Assembly: GCF_001194135.2 (NCBI RefSeq)
Contig: NC_068989.1
Coordinates: forward strand, 35,507,829-35,539,909
From: Octopus bimaculoides
Taxonomy: Eukaryota
Direction: 5' to 3'
Length of the DNA stretch: 32,081 nucleotides
Both the position numbers and the translations under genes were made by a program. Shown here piece after piece: positions 9,600 to 20,104 of the stretch. The notes below the pieces were generated by a model. The model made no database searches. It worked only from the letters and a program-made list of their open reading frames with translations, and was not told the origin of the DNA. The first letter of the stretch is position 1; the number at the start of each line of letters is the position of its first letter.

Positions 9600-9812
9600 T
9601 TTCTACTAAAGGCACAAGGCCTGAAATTTGGTGGGAGGTGACTAGTCAATTACATTGGCCCCAGTGTTTCATTGGTACTTAATTTATCAAGCCCGAATGG
9701 ATGAAAAGCAAAGTTGACCTTCGCAGAATTTGAACTCAGAAATGTAAAGACAGGCAAAATGCCGCAAAACATCTTGCCCAGCGTGCTAATGATTCTGCCA
9801 GCTTGCTGCCTT
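9600..9812 (-). mobile_element. SINE family S3
   Basis: Reverse complement of the S3 head and body (GAATTTGAACTCAGAA, GCTAATGATTCTGCCAGCT). Confidence 0.75.
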
Positions 9813-10267
9813 AGAAGTTCAAATTATAATGAAAGATTAAAATAAAAGACATAGATGAGAAATTAAAATAAGTAAACAAGTATCCAAGAAATATATAATG
9901 CCACAAAAGAAAGAAGAAATGATAGCAAAAATAGGGAGAGAAGCAAAGTAAAAAGCTAAAGATAGAAAAAGGGGAGGAGGGAGAAAAATAAAAGAAAAAG
10001 AGGAAGAGAAAAGTAGAAGACAAGAAAGAAAAAATAAATAGTATAGAATATATAAGGTGTGAGCAGTGGGGGAGAAAGAGGTTCGTTTAATATTATAAGA
10101 TTGTTAAGCATCTTAACAGTATGGAAAATTACTGAAGTTAAGTATCGAAGATTACTGAAGTGGTGGTGGTCATGTGTCTCAAAGTTGATGGCAAGTTGAT
10201 GGGAACAGAGAGGTGAAAAATAGAAAGAGATTATTTATAACAGAGAAAGCTTAGGAGAATAATGTAA

Positions 10268-10376
10268 GTCGCTTCTTCAGAAACGTACCTCTCCAATTAA
10301 CTCTAACCTTAACACTAACCCTAACTCTAAGCCTAGCCCTAACAATAGTGGAGAGGTGCGTTACTGAAGAAGCTCC
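10268..10376. mobile_element. 109-bp fold-back MITE with a telomere-like internal array
   Basis: 28-bp TIRs (10268-10295 and 10349-10376, 24/28 complementary), 8-bp direct repeat TAATGTAA (10260-10267, 10377-10384), and a loop of about 8 degenerate CCCTAA units. Confidence 0.78.
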
Positions 10377-10419
10377 TAATGTAAAAACACACATACACAG
10401 TAGAACAATGTAAGTGAAA

Positions 10420-10450
<31 letters not shown>

Positions 10451-10452
<2 letters not shown>

Positions 10453-10835
10453 CACAGGAGTGGGTACGTGGTAAGAAGCTTGCTTCTCAACCACATGGTT
10501 CCAGGTTCAGTCCCACTGCGTGGCACCTTAAGCAAGTGTTTTCTACAACAGCCTCAGGCCAACCAAAGGCTTGTGAGTGGATTTGGTAGACAGAATATAT
10601 ATATATACATGTGTGTATGTATGTATGTATTTGTGCCTGTGTCTGTCTCCTCACCATCGCTTGACAACTGATGTTGGTGTGCTTGCATCCCTGTAACTTA
10701 GCAGTTTGGCAAAAGAGGCCGATAGAATAAGTACTAGACTTACAAAAAATAAGTCCTGAGGTCGATTTGTTCAACTAAAGTCAATGCTCCAGCATGGCCA
10801 CAGTCAAATGACTGAAACAAGTAGAAAAATAAAAG
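10451..10835 (+). mobile_element. tRNA-headed SINE, family S2
   Basis: Head GCACAGGAGTGG.TACGTGGTAAGAAGCTTGCTTC, GGTTCAGTCCCAC (B-box-like), an internal microsatellite, and tail CAGTCAAATGACTGAAACAAG. Confidence 0.78.
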
Positions 10836-10838
10836 AAT

Positions 10839-10889
<51 letters not shown>

Positions 10890-11119
10890 TAAAAAAATGT
10901 ATATGCATAAAAATGCATCTACATCTGAATGTTCACATGAATGCATATATGTACATACTTAAATAACCTTTGAATCGTAACAGTTTGTGAACTAATCTAG
11001 TTCATATATATATATGTGCACAAAGGTTATGCACAAAATAAGTTTAATATGCTTGAAATTGAATAAAATAAATAACAATGTTGAATACACATGTACTTGT
11101 ACATGATGAACAAAATGAA

Positions 11120-11121
11120 TG

Positions 11122-11195
<74 letters not shown>

Positions 11196-11196
11196 C
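11120..11196. repeat. (AAT)n microsatellite
   Basis: Roughly 24 uninterrupted AAT units. Confidence 0.95.
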
Positions 11197-11386
11197 AGAA
11201 GAAGAACATAGTGTAAATAAAATGTCGACTGTTTTGGTTCATGACTTTTGGCCCACCCAGAACATATAAGATCTTGTAGCCTATAGTCCATGAATCAAAA
11301 CTAAGAGACTAGTTAGGGTATTTACTACCTCTGTGTTGTGTACTTGCCTAAAGAAGATTTCTTATTTCTTTGTCTCTCATTTACAG

Positions 11387-11510
11387 TACATGTTAGATGC
11401 TGCCCGTGCTGTCCGGCCAAACCTCTATGTTATTGCTGAACTCTTCACCAGTAGTGAAGCAACAGACAATCTGTTTATGAACCATCTAGGTATTAATTCC
11501 TTAATTCGTG
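11387..11510 (+). CDS. AGL: Glycogen debranching enzyme, exon 5 in window; acid/base motif AELFT
   Basis: TTTACAG| acceptor and |GTATGT donor; 124 nt, phase 0/1. Translation [41 protein letters not shown]; Glu codon at 11438-11440. Confidence 0.97.
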
Positions 11511-11729
11511 GTATGTTTCAATTTACTGTTTTTATCAATTAGTTGCATAACCTTACAATACTTTGAGTATTTAACTGAATGGTTTATTTTTCAATTATTT
11601 TTTAGACATGAGAATATCCAGAGTTTATGCATACATGTATGTTTATATGCATAAATATACATACATACATACACACACACACACATACACACACACGCAT
11701 ACACACATGTGTGTGCATGTATAGAGCAT

Positions 11730-14455
11730 GATCATTTATCATCCATTGTCCATGCTGGCATGGGTTGGATCACTTGACCAGGGGTGGCAAGCTGGAAAGC
11801 TGCACCAGACTCCACTTTGTCTTGGCATGGTTTCTATGGCTGGCTTCCTTTCCTAACACCAACCACTCCGAGAGTGTAATGGGTGCTTTTATGTGCCACC
11901 AGCATGGATACCATTTGCATAACACCAGTATCTGTCATGACTGCAGTTTTACTTGCTTTGATGGGTCTTCTTCTGAAGCGCGGCATAATGCCAAATGGGC
12001 TTGGTCATTGCCTCCGTGAGATTCAATGCTCAAAGCTGAGCATAATGTTAAGTGGTCTCAATCCTTGCTTCTGCGAGGCCCGACACTTTAAAGGTACTTT
12101 AACATGCCACTAGTACATGCCACGACTGTGATTTAACTTGGCTTGATGTGTCTTCTTCTCAAGCACAACATAATGCCGAAGTTCTCGGTCATTGCCTCTG
12201 TGAGGCACAACATTTGAAAGGAGCTCAACCACTTTGCCTTTGTGAGGCTCAACGCTCAAAAGGTGCTTTTTACGTGCCACTTGCATGGGTGCCGGTTACA
12301 TGACACCAACATCAACCTTGACTGCGATTTCACTTGGCTTGACAGGGTTTTCTCAAGTACAGCATATTGCCAAAGGCCTTGGTCACTAGTCATTGCCTCT
12401 GTGAGGCCCAAAGTTCGGAGATCATGCTTCACCACCTTATCCCATGTTTTCCTGGCTCTACCTCTACCACAGTTTCCCTTCACAGTTAGGGATCAGTACT
12501 TTTTATGCAGCTGTCCTTGTCCATATGCATCACATGGCCATACCAGTGCATTCACTTCTCTTGCACACCACATCTGATGCCTCTTGTGCATAATTTTTCT
12601 CTCAGGATGCTTACACTCTGTTGAACATGTACACTGACATTGTACATCCAGCAAAGCATACTGGCTTCATTTCTATCAAGCCTATGCATGTCCTTGGTTG
12701 TCACAGCCCATGTTTCACTGCCATGTAGCATAGTTGTTCGCATACAGGTATCATACAATCTGCCTTCACTCTGAGAGAAAGGCTCTTTGTTGCCAGCAAA
12801 GGCAGGAGCTCTCTAAATTTTGCCTAGCCTAATCTTATTCTGAGAGCTATGCTGTTGGAACATCCACCTCTGCTACTAACTTGATCACCTAAGTAATGGA
12901 AGCTATCTACTACCTCTAGCTTACCCTCATGGCAGTTGATTGAGTCTATTTTCTGTACATTTTTGGTGTTTATTGTACCTATGTATCTACCATACACAAA
13001 AGCTATTTTCCCTGTTAACCTTCCTCTGATGTTGCTGCACCTTTTATGTGTCCAAAGCTTACACTAGGTGCATCTTACTGAGTTACTACCTAGACCTTTT
13101 CTACAGATTGAGCAGGGCCATCTACTTGAAGGAATTTGTGATTTGTCTGCCTTCCTACTTACTAAAGCTTTGGTTTTTGCTAGGTTAACTCTATGGCCCT
13201 TTGATTCTAGTCCTTGCTTCCATACCTGGAACTTCTTCTCTAGTTCTGGTAGTGATTCAACTATAAGAACAAGGTCATCAGCGTAGAGGAGCTCCCAGGG
13301 ACAGCCTGCCTTGAATTCCTGTTATTGCCTGAAGGGCTATGATGAACAAGAGGGGGCTTAGGACCAATCCTTGGTGAACCCCTATTTGTACCCTGAATTC
13401 TTCGCTATACTCATTGCCAATCCTCACCTTACTGGTAGTGTCTCTGTACATGGCTTGTACAACTCTCACAGCCATCCATCTGTCCCTAGTTTCTGCATTG
13501 ACCTCCAGATAAGGAATCGGGGGACCTTGTTGAAAGCTTTTTCCAAGTCAACAAAAGCTAAGTACAGAGGTTTATCGTTGGCTATATATTTCTCCTGCAG
13601 CTGCCTTACCAGAAATATAGCATCAGTGGTGCTTCTCCCTGGCACAAAACCAAACTGCATCTCATCTAGATTAATTCTCCCCCTAACTAACTTTCATCAT
13701 CTAATCCAACAATTTGATACCTCTGTAATTATTTCTATCCAAGGCATCACCTTTACCTTTGTAGTAGTTGACTATGGTGCTGTTACACCAGTCATTGGAT
13801 ATGACTCTTTTGTGACTCACCTAATTTACAATATGGGTGACTAGACATAACCCACACTGCCAGATATTTTAAGCATCTCAGCAGTGATTCCTGAAGGGCT
13901 GGGGGCTTTCCCTGTTTTCATGTCCTTAATTGCTTTATCTATCAAGTTATTGTTGATTCAGATAGCTGGTCCCTCAGCTGGGTCAACATTTGGCAGGCTC
14001 TCCTCCTCCACCCATTTGTTCTCTATATTCAGCAATCTTTCATAATGGTATTTCCAAGCCTCTTTCTTTGCAGAATCACTAAATGCAAGTGCACCGTCAT
14101 CCATGCGGACACATTTCTCTCTTGTGACATCACAATTTTCTCTCATACTGTCTTGCAATCTGGGTCCTCACGTTGCTGAACATAGGAAAACTTCCTCTTT
14201 TCTGCTTCTCCCTTGGCTAGATATACTTATTTCCATCTTCCCTTCTGGCTATCTGATACAGCTGCCTGCTACCCCACTCTTGCAGGTCTTCCAGGCTTGT
14301 TTCTTTGCTCGAATGGCCCTGTCTACAGCAACATTCCACCACCATGTTACCCTAGGTCTGGTTGGGACTTTGCATCACACACAGATTTGGTGTGTGGCAC
14401 TCAGCAAGTTGTCCTGCAGGAATTCCCAGTTGCCTTTTATGTCACAAGTTTGTAG
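11730..14455 (-). mobile_element. 5'-truncated, decayed RTE-clade LINE (RT, C-terminal domain, 3' tail)
   Basis: Minus-strand remnants TWWWNVAVDRAIRAKK, QFGFVPGRSTTDAIFLVRQLQEK, AFVDLEKAF, GVHQGLVLSPLLF, WELLYADD (about 13274-13297), MLHGSETW, GRGRARKTW...AVLEKT, followed by the GGCACGTAAAAAGCACC tail. Several stops and frameshifts. Confidence 0.92.
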
Positions 14456-14826
14456 CTCCTCATATATATATATATATATTAGTGGTTATGTTAGCCTCAT
14501 GAAGGGATGGTATCATCCAAGGAAATACTGGTTCAATACCTAATATTTTGGAGGGAATTGAGTCTGTTGTGACAAATCTACAAACATACAAAACATCTAA
14601 GTGTATATATTTTTTCCCCACTGAAGAGGTTATGCTCAGAAATATGAACTTAATATTTAATTAATTTCACTGTGTATAACTGAAACAGCTGTAAGGAATA
14701 CTGATTGATTTGTTGTTGATAGTAAACTCTTATTAACTTCACAATCTCCATTTTCTTCTTCCTTTATATATATATTTGTGTGTATGTGTGTGCATGTATA
14801 TATGTTTGTTTGTGTGTGTTTGTGTG

Positions 14827-14836
14827 NNNNNNNNNN
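14827..14836. other. Assembly gap (10 N)
   Basis: Run of N within (TG)n. Confidence 0.99.
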
Positions 14837-15323
14837 GTGTGTGTTTGTGTGTAACATGCATATATATGGTATTATCTCATATATACAAAAACGTAAGCTG
14901 TTATATAAACATAACCATGAATAAGCCATGAATAGTGAAGCAAACATATTCCTAGAATCATCTTTACAGTTGTTTCAAAAGATCAGTAACTGGCAAATGG
15001 GTTTGCATACTGATGCAGTAATCAGACAAGTGGAAATTATTATGCAAAAATAAATGTGAAATCTTAGTTTATTTGAGCCAGAGGCTTAGAAGCACTGAAT
15101 TTTTCTTCAAAAAGAGTGGCTTACTTGCCACTCATTCTGAAGGAAAAGTCTAGTGCTTCTATCTGTCTATCCATCTATCTATCTACCTATCTCTTCATCT
15201 ATTTACATGTGTGTGTGTTTGTGAAGTGTGTGTGTATGTATGTGTGTGTGTGTGTTCCATACTGGCATGGGTTTGACAGTTTGACAGGACCATCTAGTGA
15301 GTGCAATGATTCATTGAATGGTC

Positions 15324-15325
<2 letters not shown>

Positions 15326-15384
<59 letters not shown>
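15326..15384. repeat. (GA)n microsatellite
   Basis: Uninterrupted GA run. Confidence 0.95.
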
Positions 15385-15386
<2 letters not shown>

Positions 15387-15601
15387 AACATGTGGTTGGG
15401 TAGGTCATTGGAGTGGTGGAAAGAAAGGGGTAAGCATAATGCATGAGTAGAGTGACTCAGTGGGTGGGTGAGTGCTCAATGTAAAGTATGGGTGGAAAGA
15501 GCAGTATTAGTGAATGAAGAATGGGGATCAATAACCTTTAATTTATTATCATAAATCTACAGATGTTTTTTTCTTTTCTTTCTGTTTTTCTTAATCTTCA
15601 G

Positions 15602-15765
15602 AATCCCTTGTTGCTTGGAATTCCCACGAGCTTGGTCGTCTTGTTCACCGCTTTGGTGGACAGCCAGTTGGTTCATTCATCCAGCCTCAAATCCAGCCTC
15701 TTGTTAACACTATGGCCCATGCTATTTTCTTTGACCAGACCCATGATAACCCAAGCCCTATTGAG
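15602..15765 (+). CDS. AGL: Glycogen debranching enzyme, exon 6 in window; THDN motif
   Basis: Long pyrimidine tract, TTCAG| acceptor and |GTAAGT donor; 164 nt, phase 1/0. Translation [55 protein letters not shown]; Asp codon at 15745-15747. Confidence 0.96.
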
Positions 15766-16149
15766 GTAAGTGTTTTGCCCCAAGTTCATCCTTTAACAGA
15801 TTTTTTCTCTCACTTTCTCCCTCTTCTATTCATATATTCTTTCTCTGTTTATTCCTACACATATATTCTGTCTCTCTCTCTATACATATATACAGTTTCC
15901 ATGTTTCACCATCATCATTATCATCATCACCATTACCATTATCATCATCATGAATGATGGAGTGTTTTGGGGCAGATTGGGGCTGGATGTCCTTCCTGTT
16001 GCCAACCATCACCTGTTTCTAAACAAGGTAATAATTTCACCCTGGCTAACATAAGATTGGAAACAAGGGATACCATTTGTATGATGGGTCAAATTGTCAT
16101 ATGATGTCAAAACAAAGAAACACAAGCATCATGTAATAAGCACCATCCG

Positions 16150-16325
16150 AACATAATCGTTGCCAGGCCTGCCTTACTGGCTCCTGTGCCGGTGGCATGT
16201 AAAAAGCACCCACTACACTCTCAGAGTGGTTGGCATTAGGAAGGGCTGTAGAAACTCTGCCAGACCAGATTGGCGCCTGGTGCAGCTGCTGGCTCTCCAG
16301 ACCTCAGTCAAACCATCCAACCCAT
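16150..16325 (+). mobile_element. RTE-tail-like short repeat (S4)
   Basis: GGTGGCATGTAAAAAGCACCCACTACACTCTC.GAGTGGTTGGC.TTAGGAAGGG, the same tail as the RTE at 11730-11900. Confidence 0.72.
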
Positions 16326-16329
16326 ATAT

Positions 16330-16626
16330 NNNNNNNNNNNNNNNNNNNNNNNNNNNNNNNNNNNNNNNNNNNNNNNNNNNNNNNNNNNNNNNNNNNNNNN
16401 NNNNNNNNNNNNNNNNNNNNNNNNNNNNNNNNNNNNNNNNNNNNNNNNNNNNNNNNNNNNNNNNNNNNNNNNNNNNNNNNNNNNNNNNNNNNNNNNNNNN
16501 NNNNNNNNNNNNNNNNNNNNNNNNNNNNNNNNNNNNNNNNNNNNNNNNNNNNNNNNNNNNNNNNNNNNNNNNNNNNNNNNNNNNNNNNNNNNNNNNNNNN
16601 NNNNNNNNNNNNNNNNNNNNNNNNNN
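16330..16626. other. Assembly gap (297 N)
   Basis: Run of N flanked by (TA)n. Confidence 0.98.
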
Positions 16627-16749
16627 TATATATATATTTGTTTATATATATATTCTTTTACTTGTTTCAGTCATTTGACTGTGGCCATGATGGAGCACCA
16701 CCTTTAGTCAAGAAAATTGACCCCAAGACATTTTCTTTGTAAGCCTAGT

Positions 16750-17522
16750 GTATAAAGTTAATAAAAGATGTATGTCAATATTTTTTAGAAAATTAAAATT
16801 AGAAAACATGACTTATCTGCCGGCGAGTAACTGTAGATGTTTTTTTACTAATATTTACCTCTTCCATAATGTTTTAACCTTGTTCACTATAAATTTTTTT
16901 TTCAATATTTTTAGATTGTAACTCTTAATAATTATATTAATACCGTTAATGTAGGGATTAGTTTACAGGTTTTGTCTCTTTATATGTATTTTTATTTCTC
17001 ATGTTTATGTTTATCCCTTGAATGATTTTAGATATTTTTTTAGGAATTTGACCTGAAGAGTGACTGATTTTGGAAGTAAAATCATTTCCCTTTTCTAATG
17101 AATTTGGATAGAATTTGCTTATGATTTTATATAGTCCTATTTCAGCCATGAAACGCACGTAGTCTATGTACTAGCACTGACTTTCATACATTTATGCTTT
17201 CACACTTTATATTATTGTATTAATTTTTACTGTCCTATTTATAATTTTGATTTTTGAATTAATATTTTTATTATGAATGTTTCTTTATACGATATATTAT
17301 ATATTATTAAAATTTTAGATTAAAATCTTAGATAAATATTGATATGGTATATGCCTTACAGCATGGTTTTGGACGGGTTCTTAGTTGACTGAGTTGTAGA
17401 GTGACGGTTCGTCTCTAAATTAGTTATATACATATATATTATATAATATGAAACCCGGTGTAATATTATACCGATTTTTGCCTGTAAGGTTGGAATAAGT
17501 TTTTATTCCCTAATATTATTAC

Positions 17523-17525
<3 letters not shown>
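16750..17525 (+). mobile_element. AT-rich repeat carrying a hammerhead-like motif; probable terminal region of a second Penelope-like family
   Basis: The block begins where a minus-strand SINE tail breaks off at about 16749 and ends at a (TA)n tract. It contains the 17050-17164 motif. The family assignment is inferred from the hammerhead only. Confidence 0.4.
17050..17164 (+). ncRNA. Type I hammerhead ribozyme-like motif with an extended stem-loop II
   Basis: GAC-CTGAAGA-GTGACTGA..(74 nt)..TCAGCCAT-GAAAC[GCAC]GT-A-GTC: 3-bp stem I, intact core, 8-bp stem II with one mismatch and one G-U pair, 2-bp stem III with a tetraloop, and a GUA site. Confidence 0.55.
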
Positions 17526-17560
<35 letters not shown>

Positions 17561-17564
17561 TACA

Positions 17565-17724
17565 TCAGGTTTCTTTCAGTTTTCTGTCTACCAAATCCAC
17601 TCACAAGGCTTTGGTCAACCTGAAGCTATAGTAGAAGACACTTGACCAAGGTACCATGCAGTGGGACTGAACTTGGAACCATGTGGTTGTTAAGCAAGCT
17701 ACTTACCACACAGCCACTCCTGCA

Positions 17725-17730
<6 letters not shown>
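17565..17730 (-). mobile_element. SINE family S2 head; its tail segment lies at about 16650-16749
   Basis: Reverse complement of the S2 head; the matching tail CTTGTTTCAGTCATTTGACTGTGGCCATG is at 16660-16690. Confidence 0.7.
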
Positions 17731-17762
<32 letters not shown>

Positions 17763-17786
17763 GTACTAGTGGTGCTCCTGCATGGC

Positions 17787-18558
17787 NNNNNNNNNNNNNN
17801 NNNNNNNNNNNNNNNNNNNNNNNNNNNNNNNNNNNNNNNNNNNNNNNNNNNNNNNNNNNNNNNNNNNNNNNNNNNNNNNNNNNNNNNNNNNNNNNNNNNN
17901 NNNNNNNNNNNNNNNNNNNNNNNNNNNNNNNNNNNNNNNNNNNNNNNNNNNNNNNNNNNNNNNNNNNNNNNNNNNNNNNNNNNNNNNNNNNNNNNNNNNN
18001 NNNNNNNNNNNNNNNNNNNNNNNNNNNNNNNNNNNNNNNNNNNNNNNNNNNNNNNNNNNNNNNNNNNNNNNNNNNNNNNNNNNNNNNNNNNNNNNNNNNN
18101 NNNNNNNNNNNNNNNNNNNNNNNNNNNNNNNNNNNNNNNNNNNNNNNNNNNNNNNNNNNNNNNNNNNNNNNNNNNNNNNNNNNNNNNNNNNNNNNNNNNN
18201 NNNNNNNNNNNNNNNNNNNNNNNNNNNNNNNNNNNNNNNNNNNNNNNNNNNNNNNNNNNNNNNNNNNNNNNNNNNNNNNNNNNNNNNNNNNNNNNNNNNN
18301 NNNNNNNNNNNNNNNNNNNNNNNNNNNNNNNNNNNNNNNNNNNNNNNNNNNNNNNNNNNNNNNNNNNNNNNNNNNNNNNNNNNNNNNNNNNNNNNNNNNN
18401 NNNNNNNNNNNNNNNNNNNNNNNNNNNNNNNNNNNNNNNNNNNNNNNNNNNNNNNNNNNNNNNNNNNNNNNNNNNNNNNNNNNNNNNNNNNNNNNNNNNN
18501 NNNNNNNNNNNNNNNNNNNNNNNNNNNNNNNNNNNNNNNNNNNNNNNNNNNNNNNNNN
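17787..18558. other. Assembly gap (772 N)
   Basis: Run of N followed by (TA)n. Confidence 0.98.
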
Positions 18559-18589
18559 TATATATATATATATATATATATGCTATATA

Positions 18590-18920
18590 TATGCCAACGT
18601 CATCTCCCTCATTGGACACAAAACTCAGCTTGCGAAGACTTATTGTGGCAAGCGAAAGCGAAATTGTGATGGCACCTGTGCCCAGCGTCGCCTTTCTGGC
18701 ACTTGTGCCCGTGGCATGTGTAAGGACTATCGAGCGAGATCGTTGCCAGTGCACTTGGACTGGCTCTCGTGCAGGTGGCACGTAAAAAGCACCCACTACA
18801 CTCTCTGAGTGGTTGGCGTTAGGAAGGGCATCCAGCTGTAGAAACTCTGCCAAATCAGATTGGAGCCTGGTGTAGCCATCTGGTTTCACCAGTCCTCAGT
18901 CAAATCGTCCAACCCATGCT
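18590..18920 (+). mobile_element. CpG-retaining repeat ending in the RTE-like S4 tail
   Basis: GGTGGCACGTAAAAAGCACCCACTACAC tail preceded by about 190 bp of GC-richer unique sequence; truncated by the gap at 18921. Confidence 0.7.
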
Positions 18921-18930
18921 NNNNNNNNNN
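18921..18930. other. Assembly gap (10 N)
   Basis: Run of N followed by (AT)n. Confidence 0.99.
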
Positions 18931-18971
<41 letters not shown>

Positions 18972-19167
18972 TATGTATGCACATCAAGCTTTTATCAGTT
19001 TCTGTCTACCAAATCTGCCCACAGGTTTTGGTCAGCCCAGGGCTTTAGTATTAGAAACTTGCTCAAGGTGTCATGTAGTAGGACTGAACTCGGAACCCTG
19101 TGGTTGAAAAGCATTACTATTGCATGTTAGCCTTGTTTTCATTTTATTATTAGTCTCTATCAAAGTG

Positions 19168-19380
19168 ATGAGCTGGCAGCATCATTAATGCATTTGGCAA
19201 AATTCTTAATGACGTATTATCTGGCTGTTTATGTTCTGAGTTCAAATTCCTCCAAGATCACCTTTGCCATTTAGCCTCTCGGATTCAATAAAATAAGGCA
19301 TCAGTCAAGTGCTGGCCCCATTGTAATTGACTGGCTCCCTCCTCTTAAAACTGCTGACCTCTCACCAAAATCTGAAACTA
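19168..19380 (+). mobile_element. SINE family S3
   Basis: GAGCTGGCAGCATCATTAA...GTTCTGAGTTCAAATTCC. Confidence 0.7.
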
Positions 19381-19459
19381 TTATTAGTCTGCATCTGTTG
19401 AAGAAGGATCCTTGCTAATGAGCTTCATTGCAGCCTTTCTTGTGGAAGTAATTGATATT

Positions 19460-19730
19460 TAATCTGTGCCAGTGCCCCTGGACTGGCTCATGTGTGGGTG
19501 ACACATGAAATGCACCATTTTGAGCATGACCGTTGCCAGTGCCGCCTGACTGGCCTTCGACACTCTCTGAGTGGTTGGCATTAGGAAGGGCATCCAGCTG
19601 TAGAAACTCTGCCAAATCAGATTGGAGCCTGGTGTAGCCATCTGGTTTCACCAGTCCTCAGTCAAATCGTCCAACCAATGCTAGCATGGAAAGTGGACGT
19701 TAAATGATGACGATGATGATGATGATGATG
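19460..19730 (+). mobile_element. RTE-tail-like repeat (S4) with a (GAT)n end
   Basis: The tail ends GGACGTTAAATGATGACGATGATG...; 19561-19682 is almost identical to 18799-18920. Confidence 0.72.
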
Positions 19731-19734
19731 AATT

Positions 19735-19940
19735 TAAGGTGGCAAACTGGCAAAATCATTAACACACTGGACAAAATGCCTAGTGGTATTTCTGTTTTTA
19801 TGTTCTGAGTTCAAATTCCGCCAAGGTTGACTTTGCCTTTCATCCTTTTGGGGTTGATGAAATAAGTACCAATGAAGCATGAGTGTCAATGTAATTGACT
19901 AGCCTTGCCCCTATTTCCCCACCGTGTGCCTATTGCAGAA
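19735..19940 (+). mobile_element. SINE family S3
   Basis: AAGGTGGCAAACTGGCA...GTTCTGAGTTCAAATTCCGCCAAGGTTGACTTTGCC. Confidence 0.72.
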
Positions 19941-20104
19941 GGGATATTTAATTTGAATTAATTCAAGATGACTGGAACATCAGGACAGAGAAGAAATCCC
20001 AGTTGTTCTGAGATGGAGGAAGAGAGCAAAATCTTTAGAAAAAAGAGTTGCAAAGTGAAATAAACAATAGTTATCATGCAGGTGAGGAGGAGAGATAAGT
20101 GAAT

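Noticed and set aside
10296-10348. True telomere or chromosome-fusion scar
   Set aside because: There are only about 8 degenerate units, enclosed by TIRs and a TSD; a MITE loop explains it better.
16160-18889. ORFs up to 388 aa
   Set aside because: They are mostly X from N gaps, and the flanks are SINE or LINE-tail sequence.
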